Below are positions 50,255-59,147 of a stretch of DNA of 64,000 nt, piece by piece. This stretch comes from Methanobacteriota archaeon. GTDB lineage: Archaea > Thermoplasmatota > Poseidoniia > Poseidoniales > Thalassarchaeaceae. The DNA lies in the NCBI GenBank assembly GCA_011523055.1, contig WTHQ01000039.1:12263-76262 (forward strand). The letters are read 5' to 3'. The notes beneath the pieces are model-generated. The model worked only from the letters and a program-made list of their open reading frames with translations, was not told the DNA's origin and did not search any database. Every line of letters begins with the position of its first letter. Within the stretch, counting starts at the first letter, position 1. A program made the translations under genes and the position numbers.

Positions 50255-51847
50255 ATGGCAAAGCATAGAGCAGGGGACCGTAGGATAATTAGCATCAGTA
50301 TACCTGAAGATCTCGCATTGAAACTTGACAGGAAAGTCGGCAGAGGACGTAATGATGGTAGATCGGCCACCATAAGCAAGCTAATCGAACAAGGCCTGAA
50401 CAATACTCCTCCAAAGCCGGTTTCATCTCCACCTAAACCCGTGAATGATAATGGGCACAAGGGACTCCGAGAAGAGGTTGACTCCATCGGCATAGTAAGT
50501 GTGCCAGAGAATGCATACTATGGTGCACAAACTGCTAGGTCCCTTGAAAATTTCAATATCGGAAGGGACATCATGCCAAGATCCATGATCAGGGCTTTTG
50601 GAATCTTGAAAAAATCCACTGCACAAGCTAATGTGAAACTGGGAAATCTAGAGGAGGGTATCGGTGCGTTGATCTGTACAGCGAGTGAGGAGGTTGTTTC
50701 TGGGTCATTGGACTCTCATTTCCCCTTGCGGATCTGGCAAACTGGTTCCGGAACGCAAACGAATATGAATGTAAATGAAGTGATTTCGAACCGTTCAATT
50801 GAAATCGCGGGTGGAATCATTGGAAGTAAGGATCCTGTGCACCCAAACGACCATGTGAACAAGTCACAATCAAGCAACGACACATTCCCCACCGCTATGC
50901 ATATTTCAGCAGCAGAGGAAATTCATCATGACCTATTGCCATCTTTGGCATTACTTCGAAATGAGTTACAAAATAAGCGACAGGAGTTCGATGGGATAGT
51001 CAAAATTGGGAGGACTCATCTCATGGATGCAGTGCCCCTAACTTTGGGCCAGGAATTTTCAGGATACGTGGCTATGTTGGACGCGGATATCTCACGGATT
51101 GAGCGTGCACGAGATGGTTTGTTTGCGCTCGCCATCGGGGGCACGGCAGTTGGCACTGGCCTGAATGCCAAAGTGGGTTTTTCGGATCTGGTATGCGATT
51201 ATATAGCCGAGCATACAGGATTGCCCTTCTATTCAGCTGAGAACAAATTCTCTGCTTTGGCCGGTCATGACGCATTATTGGAGGCTTCAAGCTCGATGAA
51301 TGGATTGGCAACAAGTCTGATGAAGATAGCGAATGATATCAGATGGATGGGTTCTGGACCGAGATCTGGGTTGGGGGAGCTTTCATTGCCAGAAAATGAG
51401 CCAGGTTCTAGCATAATGCCAGGAAAGGTGAATCCGACTCAAGCCGAGGCCATAACCATGGTTGCTTGTCAAATCATGGGCAACCACACCGCGGTCACAA
51501 TAGGGGCTAGCCAAGGCAATTTTGAACTAAATGTGTACAAGCCCATGATCGTACACAATGTCCTACATTCGATTGGTCTGTTGTCAGACTCATGCAGATC
51601 CTTCTCGAAAAGGTGCGTATCTGGTTTGAAGGCTAATGAGAGCAGGATTTCTGATCTAGTGAGTAGATCATTGATGTTGGTGACGGCTCTAAACCCTCAC
51701 ATAGGTTATGACCTGGCTGCCAAAGTTGCGAAACACGCGCATGTTAATGGGACTACTTTACGTGATGCAGCGACAGAACTAGGGATTAATGGAGAAGACT
51801 TCGATGACTGGGTTGACCCCAAGGAAATGACTGGGCCTTCCAGTTGA
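50255..51847 (+). CDS. fumC: Class II fumarate hydratase with N-terminal ribbon-helix-helix domain
   Basis: [40 protein letters not shown]; N-terminal [15 protein letters not shown]...[14 protein letters not shown] plus Pro-rich linker. Confidence 0.93.
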   Translation: MAKHRAGDRRIISISIPEDLALKLDRKVGRGRNDGRSATISKLIEQGLNNTPPKPVSSPPKPVNDNGHKGLREEVDSIGIVSVPENAYYGAQTARSLENFNIGRDIMPRSMIRAFGILKKSTAQANVKLGNLEEGIGALICTASEEVVSGSLDSHFPLRIWQTGSGTQTNMNVNEVISNRSIEIAGGIIGSKDPVHPNDHVNKSQSSNDTFPTAMHISAAEEIHHDLLPSLALLRNELQNKRQEFDGIVKIGRTHLMDAVPLTLGQEFSGYVAMLDADISRIERARDGLFALAIGGTAVGTGLNAKVGFSDLVCDYIAEHTGLPFYSAENKFSALAGHDALLEASSSMNGLATSLMKIANDIRWMGSGPRSGLGELSLPENEPGSSIMPGKVNPTQAEAITMVACQIMGNHTAVTIGASQGNFELNVYKPMIVHNVLHSIGLLSDSCRSFSKRCVSGLKANESRISDLVSRSLMLVTALNPHIGYDLAAKVAKHAHVNGTTLRDAATELGINGEDFDDWVDPKEMTGPSS

Positions 51848-51874
51848 CGTCGAGATGAACCTTACTGAAACCCA

Positions 51875-52540
51875 ACAAAACGAACGTTCGGAGGGAAATG
51901 ATTGATAGTCTGCTTGAGAGGACCACAATTTGTCCGATTGGACAGGTGGGAGCAACAGGGGGCTGCCTATGGGGGAGCGACCCCCTGCTGACTCCGCGGT
52001 TGGGGTTCACCCGGGCCCGAGGGCCCGGGTGTTCCCGGGTAGATGATTAGGGCGCTACTTGTCCGCCTTCACCGTTTGTCGATTGTATTAGGGTCTCCCC
52101 CATTACTCCCGCTTACGTGTTTAGTTGGTCGATATTATCTCGACTTTCCTCAACGTCCGATGCCAGTCCTCCACGGATTCCTCCGCTCTTGTTCCTGGTG
52201 CGTTTCTCTCCTGATTTTTACTCCAGGTCTTCCCCGCACTACGTTTCTAGGATTGTCTCCTCCCCCTTTCACGTCGCACCTCTGTGGGATAGTCCTCTGG
52301 TTCGGTTTTGTTTTCCCCTCGAAAGGTTCGGTTTTGTTTTCCCCAGTGTTCTCCAAGAGTAGCTTGTCTTTCTTGCGTCCGATTCGCTACCACTTGGTTC
52401 TCCCACTGTCTTAACACCCACATGTGCTAAGACTTGTCCCCGGCAATAAATTGCCGGTTTCACCGCTCCGATCATTTAGATCGGTTGTTGTGGCCCGCGG
52501 AAGGAGCCGAAGCCCTCCCACACCACTCCACCGGAGCGGC
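51875..52540 (-). ncRNA. Candidate large structured non-coding RNA, family not recognised
   Basis: No credible ORF; many helices with G-U pairs and UUCG/GNRA loops only on minus strand; purine-rich loops; TATA-like TTTATG 31 nt upstream; ends approximate. Confidence 0.6.
52299..52344. repeat. Perfect 20-nt direct repeat x2 (GGTTCGGTTTTGTTTTCCCC), 6-nt spacer
   Basis: Copies at 52299-52318 and 52325-52344. Confidence 0.9.
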
Positions 52541-52645
52541 AAAGTTCTCAGGGTCATGGGTAGTCCATAAATGTTTCTACAATATTAGAGCAGTCCACTG
52601 GAAATGAAGGTAAATACACCTATATTTCTATTCCAGAAAAAACTG

Positions 52646-53716
52646 TTATTCTTCAAATCTTAACATCCTCAACCTTGCCCTGATATTGGAGTCATCGTGA
52701 TTGGGGAATTCACTACTTTCTACTCTATTCTCGATAACGCCTGTTTCTAACAGCATTGTTTCACCAGTTGAGAAGCCAACAGACATGATGTTTCCGTGAC
52801 CGCAGTATGAGGTGACTTCGCCTTCATGTGACCAATTTATTTTCGAATTGCCAAAATCTAAGATCCCCTCAGTTGGGTTGTAATCCGTTGTGATTAATGT
52901 CATATCATCAGAGGATACCACATCACGCGCCTCAACGATCCGGATCTCAGTTTCCCCCCTCCCCTGGCCATAAATTTCCTTTATCCGAGCCGAAGTGAGC
53001 CATTGTCCGTCGTGCCTATACCCAACACACGTTGCATTGTGCTCTGTATTGTGAAGATAGCCGTCGGGATTGATCTCAAAAGCGACCTCGGATGCAGTGA
53101 GGAAGGAGATGTATCCGTTGCCTGAAGCGACAGATCGAACAATTGGTAGATTCGGTGTTCCGGTGACCGATGTGAGTTTTCCGTTCTGACTTAGCACAGA
53201 ATATACGCCAGGCTCCGGCCTTCCCAAGCCAACAATGCAATCAAATCCCCTTCCTTCCAGTGACCATGCTTTAGATGGCAACTCGATACTTTGGATTATT
53301 TTTCCATCCTTGTTTTGTAATTCATGTACTTTGCAACCAACAAAGTGACCAATTTCAATCTCGTAGACCGATGATGTTACCCAAACTGTCTTTTGGTTGA
53401 GGGTCACTAAGTCACATGCCCCATCAAAATCAACTGACCAAAGAACCTCTCCATCTTCAGATGCGAGGCAAGAGAGATATCGCCCATTGGCGACCATTAT
53501 CACTTTTTGTTGGATGCATATATCTGATATCGAGGGGTCTAGATTCTTCGACCAGGATCGATTGCCATCCGAAATGTTCCATTTAGTCAATGTTCCATTC
53601 TTGTCCCCTGCGAGGAAACTGGTGTCATTGTGAATTACAGAGGTCACTGGAGCTTCAAGAGACCTAACTATAGAGGCTATTTGGGTTAGTTTATAGTGAC
53701 CTGCCATCGGGACCAA
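52646..53716 (-). CDS. WD40/PQQ-like beta-propeller protein
   Basis: AGDKNGTLTKWNISDG..W, CL.SEDGEVLWS, VGFSTGE blade motifs. Confidence 0.7.
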   Translation of the reverse strand: MVPMAGHYKLTQIASIVRSLEAPVTSVIHNDTSFLAGDKNGTLTKWNISDGNRSWSKNLDPSISDICIQQKVIMVANGRYLSCLASEDGEVLWSVDFDGACDLVTLNQKTVWVTSSVYEIEIGHFVGCKVHELQNKDGKIIQSIELPSKAWSLEGRGFDCIVGLGRPEPGVYSVLSQNGKLTSVTGTPNLPIVRSVASGNGYISFLTASEVAFEINPDGYLHNTEHNATCVGYRHDGQWLTSARIKEIYGQGRGETEIRIVEARDVVSSDDMTLITTDYNPTEGILDFGNSKINWSHEGEVTSYCGHGNIMSVGFSTGETMLLETGVIENRVESSEFPNHDDSNIRARLRMLRFEE

Positions 53717-53719
53717 ATC

Positions 53720-55219
53720 TCATACTTTTATGCCATAGAGTCTGCTAACCTTGGAGGCGAGGTAACTCACAAATGGTTCTGGAGTTGGGGGTCTTCCGGT
53801 TGCCTCCTCGATCAATTCAGCAGGTTCGAGGATGCTTCCCCTTGTGTGAATCTTTTTCCTCATCCAATCGAGAAGGGGCCCGAACATGCCATTTCGAATA
53901 TTTTCATCGTGATCTACAATATCATTCCTCGCACTCTCCAATAATTGGGCTGCATATAAATTTCCGAGTGTGTAAGTTGGGAAGTATCCTATTGCACCCA
54001 TGCACCAATGAATATCCTGTAGTACGCCCAGCTTTCTATTAGGAGGTGATATGCCAAGATATCTATCATAATATTCATTCCAAATATCTGGTATTTGATC
54101 AACTTCTATGTCCCCCTCGATCATCATTTTTTCCAATTCATAACGTATCATAATGTGGAGGTTGTAGGTGGCTTCATCGGATTCAGTCCGAATGAAACTC
54201 GGTTGGATTTGATTGACGCTCCTCCACAGCATTTCTGGAGTAACATCATCCATTTTTCCAGGGAAAAATTCTCTCCAAAGAGGAATGACCCATTCGCAGA
54301 ATTCTAGCGATCGGCCGATTTGATTCTCCCATAGTCTGGATTGACTTTCGTGAATTCCCAAGCCACAGGCCTTTCCTGCTGGTTGATAGGCGAGGCTTTC
54401 TGGGCGTCCCTGTTCGTATGTTCCATGGCCGGTTTCGTGCATTGAACCAAACAAGGAGCCGAAGGGCTCGGATTCATCGTAACGAGTAGTCCACCTGACG
54501 TCAAAGGGATTTGGTCCCCCGCAAAAGGGATGGACAGATGAGTCTCTTCTGCCTGAGTTGAAATCGAAACCAATTGATTCTGAGACTTTTTGACTGAGCA
54601 TTTCCTGAGATTTCTTCGGCCAATTTACTCCATTGACCCATTTGTTGTCCGGAGTAACTCCGCTTTCCGAGACTAATCTGACCAACGGCGAGACGCTATC
54701 GCGGAGGCCATTGAAGAGGGGATCTAACCTCCCAACTGTCAATCCTGTTTCATATTGATCCAGAAGTGCGTTGTACGGCGAGTCTGTGTATCCAAAATAC
54801 TCGGCCTTCCTTCTAGTCATGTCCAAGATCTTGGATAGATCGTCGCGAAAAAGGGAGAAGTCATCTTTCTCGCGTGCTTCAGCCCATGTGTGATGTGCCT
54901 GGGACCTTAGCCTCGCGAAATCCTCGACGAAGTCTGATGGAAGGCACGTTGCTCTTTGGTGCGCTTTTTTTGAGATTCTCACGTTTGCCCGTTGGATCTC
55001 ATCCAAATCTTCTACTTCCAGTGATGTGATCAGCTCACCAATCCGTGGATCGGTAATCTTCTCATGAACTGTTTTTGAAATCCAAGCTAGATGTTCTGCC
55101 CTACTTTCTGCCCCATTTTTAGGCATGATGACCTCTTGGTCCCAGCCAAGCAGGCTACCTATCTGGTTCGCTAAATCAATCTCTCTGAGATGACTCAGAA
55201 GATCCGAATAGTTCTGCAT
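53720..55219 (-). CDS. Carboxypeptidase, family M32
   Basis: WDQE, HPF, HETGH, HESQSRLWEN, QDIHW, GYFPTYTLG. Confidence 0.96.
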   Translation of the reverse strand: MQNYSDLLSHLREIDLANQIGSLLGWDQEVIMPKNGAESRAEHLAWISKTVHEKITDPRIGELITSLEVEDLDEIQRANVRISKKAHQRATCLPSDFVEDFARLRSQAHHTWAEAREKDDFSLFRDDLSKILDMTRRKAEYFGYTDSPYNALLDQYETGLTVGRLDPLFNGLRDSVSPLVRLVSESGVTPDNKWVNGVNWPKKSQEMLSQKVSESIGFDFNSGRRDSSVHPFCGGPNPFDVRWTTRYDESEPFGSLFGSMHETGHGTYEQGRPESLAYQPAGKACGLGIHESQSRLWENQIGRSLEFCEWVIPLWREFFPGKMDDVTPEMLWRSVNQIQPSFIRTESDEATYNLHIMIRYELEKMMIEGDIEVDQIPDIWNEYYDRYLGISPPNRKLGVLQDIHWCMGAIGYFPTYTLGNLYAAQLLESARNDIVDHDENIRNGMFGPLLDWMRKKIHTRGSILEPAELIEEATGRPPTPEPFVSYLASKVSRLYGIKV

Positions 55220-55283
55220 GTTTGTGGGTAGAGGGGGTCAGCACATAATCGATAGCATGAGGACGCACTGTGAATTAGTTGCA

Positions 55284-55703
55284 TCACTTCAACATCATTC
55301 GCAACTCTTCTACAGATCTCATCTCATCGAAGTATATCACCTCGAGTGAGTCGTACAATTCATCATCACCCAGTTCTTTTACCATGGGTAGTATTGACTG
55401 GTAGGTTTTACTTGCGGCCTTCTCGGTCTTGTGCGCTTCCTTGAGCATTAGCAAGTAATCATTTGTGTGAATTATTTCGTCTGGAGCACGCTCGGTTGTT
55501 GCCTTACCATCTAGCTTGACGATCGCCGACCTTACTGTTGATGCATGGGTTATTGACTCTGTAACTTCATTTGAGAAGTGAACGGAAAGATGTGGTCTGT
55601 GAATTCCGGAGACATATGCTGAATAGTGAGCATACATGGCAACAGCTCTCAATTCCCACGCTAAGGCTTTGTTCAATGCATCAATGATCTCGTCTTGTCC
55701 CAT
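55284..55703 (-). CDS. Ferritin-like (bacterioferritin-related) diiron protein
   Basis: LNKALAWEL.A..MY, ESITH, I.KLDG, E..A..TY, DEMRS (second His absent). Confidence 0.82.
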   Translation of the reverse strand: MGQDEIIDALNKALAWELRAVAMYAHYSAYVSGIHRPHLSVHFSNEVTESITHASTVRSAIVKLDGKATTERAPDEIIHTNDYLLMLKEAHKTEKAASKTYQSILPMVKELGDDELYDSLEVIYFDEMRSVEELRMMLK

Positions 55704-55825
55704 GGTACCACTGATCCTACTAATGGTGCGGAGGTTCATGAAACCATTGAATTGTTTATTGTATCATGTTGACTCAATCCCTTGAAGGGAACCATTGATG
55801 TTTACCCTATTGGTGTAAGTTTACA

Positions 55826-57325
55826 ATGCGGAAGGGTCCTAGGGTAAGCATAGCAGTCGCAGATAGGATTCTGATTCACCTATTGAATCATCACTCTCAA
55901 GCTGACATGCATACAGTGAGCGATGAAATAACTCGTCGAGGAATTGCGAGGGCCTGCGCTGTTCACCCCCCCAATGTTTCAAGGAGCATTAGAGACTTGC
56001 TGGCGACCGGGATTGTTCGACAGAACACATGTCAGGTTAGAGGGGAGCTCAAGAGGCAACGTGTATGGCACCTTACGCCTCTTGGTCTTGAGATGGCGAC
56101 CGCAATCAGCCAGCGTTTAGGGAAGACAATGGTGTTATTGAGGAACAAGCAGGGTAGTGTGCTTGAGGTTCAAGCTTCTGAGGCTTCTGATAGGTTGAAT
56201 GCAGAACTTGACCTGCTGTCTGTGTTGATGCACGCTCAACACGAGGGGGCCCTAAACTACGGTGACATTAGATTCGGACCTGTACAAAACAAGGTCCGAA
56301 CCCCGGGTTCGATTAAAATGATGGCAGGAGCCCATGCCACGTACCATACGGAACCCCCCATTGGCCGGAAGACTCACGGTAGGAAAATAGAGAGAGCGCG
56401 GCTAGACTCCTGGTATTCCGGCAAAAAATCGATCTGTGTCGTCACTGGCATCGCAGGCTGTGGAAAAACCACATTGGTCTCTGATTGGTTTCAATCAAAA
56501 AAAGGGAATTTTGAAGATTTCTCGACGATGTATTATCCGTGCCAGACATGGGACACTGCAACCGGCTTGGCAACAAGCATCATCCACAGAATATTATTTG
56601 ATCACAGTCATGATATTCTAGACCCTTATGACCTTATTGCGACACTACCGTCACCTGGGAATATTTTTGATTATGATCGATTTAGGAGAAGATTGACAGC
56701 AACCCTGCTAGATGAAGATCACGAACTTGGTCGGGCGACAAAATTCTTGTTGATACTGGACGATATTCACAACTTGGACAATGATGGCATACGTCTCATC
56801 GGAGCATTGGTCCAGATTGCTGAGGCATGCAAGTCAAAGATAATCGGCATATCAAGGAGTTCGCCTGAGTTTTACGACAGGAGGGATGTTCTGACCCGTG
56901 GTAGGGTGACTGAGGTCCCTCTGAAAGGACTGACCGAGCATGAAATAGGTGAGTGGATACGTCATATCGGACTAGATGAAGAGGTTTCTCCTGAAATACT
57001 TCACGAGAAAACCGGTGGCCACCCCTTGGCAATTGAGTTATTGGAAATGTACGGTGAGATCGAGCATCGTGATTGGGTCAAATTCCTAGATTCCGAGATC
57101 GTAGAGGTTCTCCCTCCCGAGGAGAAGAAGTTACTGTTGAAGCTAGCTAATCATGATAGGCCACTACCGTGGGTAGAATTGGCGAAGGCTGCAGGGGTTT
57201 CTGGTGGTCCCCCAAAGGATCTCATATCAAAGGGGCTTATGGTCGAAATTGGAGGAGGCTTGTGGCTGCACGAAGCACTCAGAAGCCGATTGAGAATGTA
57301 CGTAGAGAATATCAAAAACTCGTAA
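55826..57325 (+). CDS. wHTH + STAND-class (NB-ARC/MalT-like) P-loop ATPase without C-terminal sensor repeats
   Basis: GIARACAVHPPNVSRSIRDL wHTH; GIAGCGKTT; LLILDDIH; TGGHPLAIEL; ends at LHEALR. Confidence 0.82.
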   Translation: MRKGPRVSIAVADRILIHLLNHHSQADMHTVSDEITRRGIARACAVHPPNVSRSIRDLLATGIVRQNTCQVRGELKRQRVWHLTPLGLEMATAISQRLGKTMVLLRNKQGSVLEVQASEASDRLNAELDLLSVLMHAQHEGALNYGDIRFGPVQNKVRTPGSIKMMAGAHATYHTEPPIGRKTHGRKIERARLDSWYSGKKSICVVTGIAGCGKTTLVSDWFQSKKGNFEDFSTMYYPCQTWDTATGLATSIIHRILFDHSHDILDPYDLIATLPSPGNIFDYDRFRRRLTATLLDEDHELGRATKFLLILDDIHNLDNDGIRLIGALVQIAEACKSKIIGISRSSPEFYDRRDVLTRGRVTEVPLKGLTEHEIGEWIRHIGLDEEVSPEILHEKTGGHPLAIELLEMYGEIEHRDWVKFLDSEIVEVLPPEEKKLLLKLANHDRPLPWVELAKAAGVSGGPPKDLISKGLMVEIGGGLWLHEALRSRLRMYVENIKNS

Positions 57326-57333
57326 ATTGTTCT

Positions 57334-57651
57334 TCATTCCATGTGACGGTTGAGCCAGTTGTCGAAGAATGGCTTTGGAGCAGCCCCTGTATGCTGATCA
57401 ACTGGCTCTCCGTTGTGAAATAGAACAAGGTACGGAATGCCCCTTACACCGTATTTTCCTGGCGTGACCGGATTAACATCTGTGTTCACCTTTGCTATCG
57501 TTATCTCACGCTCCTCTGCTATCGAGCTCAATACCGGAGAGATCATCTTGCATGGTCCACACCAAGGAGCCCAGAAATCGACCAAAACCCATTCAGATTC
57601 GCTAACTACCGTCTGAAAATTAGAATCCGAGGCTTCAACTACCTGTCCCAT
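57334..57651 (-). CDS. trxA: Thioredoxin
   Basis: VDFWAPWCGPCK, GIP. Confidence 0.96.
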   Translation of the reverse strand: MGQVVEASDSNFQTVVSESEWVLVDFWAPWCGPCKMISPVLSSIAEEREITIAKVNTDVNPVTPGKYGVRGIPYLVLFHNGEPVDQHTGAAPKPFFDNWLNRHME

Positions 57652-57763
57652 GGTCCATATTGTAACCCCCTCATGTATGAATCCTTGCCGAGTGCCGTGA
57701 ATCTAAACTGACCAATTGAATGATAAGATTTGACAACAGGGTTACCACCGGAGGATCTGAAAC

Positions 57764-58438
57764 ATGGACATCGCGCCCTCAATATTGACCGCGGATTTCA
57801 CCGAACTTGGCCAAGTATTGGATGAAGCCATAGATGCTGGAATTACCTGGGTTCACCTCGATGTGATGGATGGAAACTGGGTCGTCAACAAGACAATTAC
57901 CTTTGGTCCAGCCGTTGTTCGTTCAATCCGAGAAAGGCTTGGAGAGGACGTGTTCATCGATTGTCACCTGATGATAACGAATGCTGAGGAGACGTGGGAG
58001 CAGTACGCAGATGCAGGTGCCAACCTCATCATTGCTCACATTGAGGCTATTGAGGATCCCGAAGAGATCATCGATGAAATTAGGCGAGCCGGAAAAGAAG
58101 TGGGCCTGGTACTGAACCCAGATACGGATGTGGGTGAAGTACTACCATATCTTGCAGATCTAGATTTGGTACTAGTTATGTCAGTGGTACCGGGCAAAGG
58201 TGGGCAATCCTTCATGCCAGAGGTCGAGGACAAGGTCCGACGTCTCAGATCTAAAATTGACCATCAAGTTGCGAATGGTGGCAGGAGAACAAAGCTCATG
58301 ATCGATGGGGGTGTAAAAGCAAACAATGCAAAGCTGGTATCATCATGGGGAGTGGACATAGCCGTAGTTGGTAGTGGATTGATCAACAAAGCTGGCTCGA
58401 TCAAGGACAACCTCGAAGAAATAACATCCTCGCTGTGA
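57764..58438 (+). CDS. rpe: Ribulose-phosphate 3-epimerase
   Basis: IAPSILTADF, HLDVMDG, DCHLM, MSVVPGKGGQSF, IDGGV. Confidence 0.96.
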   Translation: MDIAPSILTADFTELGQVLDEAIDAGITWVHLDVMDGNWVVNKTITFGPAVVRSIRERLGEDVFIDCHLMITNAEETWEQYADAGANLIIAHIEAIEDPEEIIDEIRRAGKEVGLVLNPDTDVGEVLPYLADLDLVLVMSVVPGKGGQSFMPEVEDKVRRLRSKIDHQVANGGRRTKLMIDGGVKANNAKLVSSWGVDIAVVGSGLINKAGSIKDNLEEITSSL

Positions 58439-58485
58439 GTGCATCCATCGATAGCCTTCAAATCTGTCCACCGTGTGTTACCCTC

Positions 58486-58809
58486 ATGGCAGGAGCGGAC
58501 TGGATCAAGACGGAAGTCGAAAATTTAGTTCCACATGCGACCGTGGAGGTTAGTGACCTTCATGGGACAGGAGATCATTTCCATGTCAGAGTGATTTCTG
58601 ATTCCTTTGAAGGCATGCTTCCGCTTGAACGCCAAAGACCCATCCTAGATTTTTTTACACCTCACATCAAATCTGGTACAGTACACGCTTTGGATCTGAA
58701 GTGTATGACGACAAGTCAGGCTGAGGCTGCTGGCGAAACGGTCTTTGACCCACATGGAGAAGGGGAAAAACAATTTTTGGGAATTCACATACGCAGGCCA
58801 AAGGAGTAG
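58486..58809 (+). CDS. bolA: BolA family protein
   Basis: DLHGTGDHFHVRVISDSFEG...RQR...VHAL. Confidence 0.9.
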   Translation: MAGADWIKTEVENLVPHATVEVSDLHGTGDHFHVRVISDSFEGMLPLERQRPILDFFTPHIKSGTVHALDLKCMTTSQAEAAGETVFDPHGEGEKQFLGIHIRRPKE

Positions 58810-58814
58810 TAAGC

Positions 58815-59147
58815 ATGTCAGAGTTTAATTGGACACCGGACGAGTTGCAAAAGATTGTCGAAGAAAATAGTGTTGTTCTTTTCATGAAGGGAACGCCCGA
58901 GGCCCCACAATGTGGATTTAGCAACAGGGCGGCTTCTGTTGTCTCCCAGCTCGGAGTGCCTTTCGCATCGGTCAATGTTCTGTCAGATGCCAGAGCCAGA
59001 AATGCACTCAGGGACTGGTCTGGTTTCCCGACCATGCCACAATTGTTCATTGGTGGCAAGTTGATAGGAGGTTCCGATATCGCGCTTGAGCTTTTCCAGA
59101 GTGGCGAACTTCAAACACTCGTCAACGATGCGACAGGCAATGACTGA
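58815..59147 (+). CDS. grxD: Monothiol glutaredoxin (Grx4 type)
   Basis: LFMKGTPEAPQCGFS, PTMPQLFIGG, GGSDI. Confidence 0.93.
   Translation: MSEFNWTPDELQKIVEENSVVLFMKGTPEAPQCGFSNRAASVVSQLGVPFASVNVLSDARARNALRDWSGFPTMPQLFIGGKLIGGSDIALELFQSGELQTLVNDATGND

Noticed and set aside
52140-52160. GAGGAAAGUC on minus strand suggesting RNase P RNA
   Set aside because: Continues GAG into a local hairpin rather than the P4 5' strand; no ACAGAA...GGCUUA-type 3' P4 strand found; lies about 390 nt into the element. Needs cmscan to exclude fully.
52235-52280. GUGCG motifs suggesting a group II intron 5' end
   Set aside because: No domain V (AGC triad helix), no interrupted host gene, no RT nearby
52299-52344. 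Direct repeat as mini-CRISPR
   Set aside because: Two 20-nt copies with a 6-nt spacer; no cas genes
52043-52475. ORF-track calls inside the large gap
   Set aside because: Low-complexity products that reflect purine/pyrimidine skew; no start signals or motifs
52490-52515. GGCCCGCGGAAGGAGC resembling SRP helix 8
   Set aside because: Lacks the CAGG-stem-GGAA-stem-AGCA symmetric loop; better explained as the complement of a UUCG hairpin
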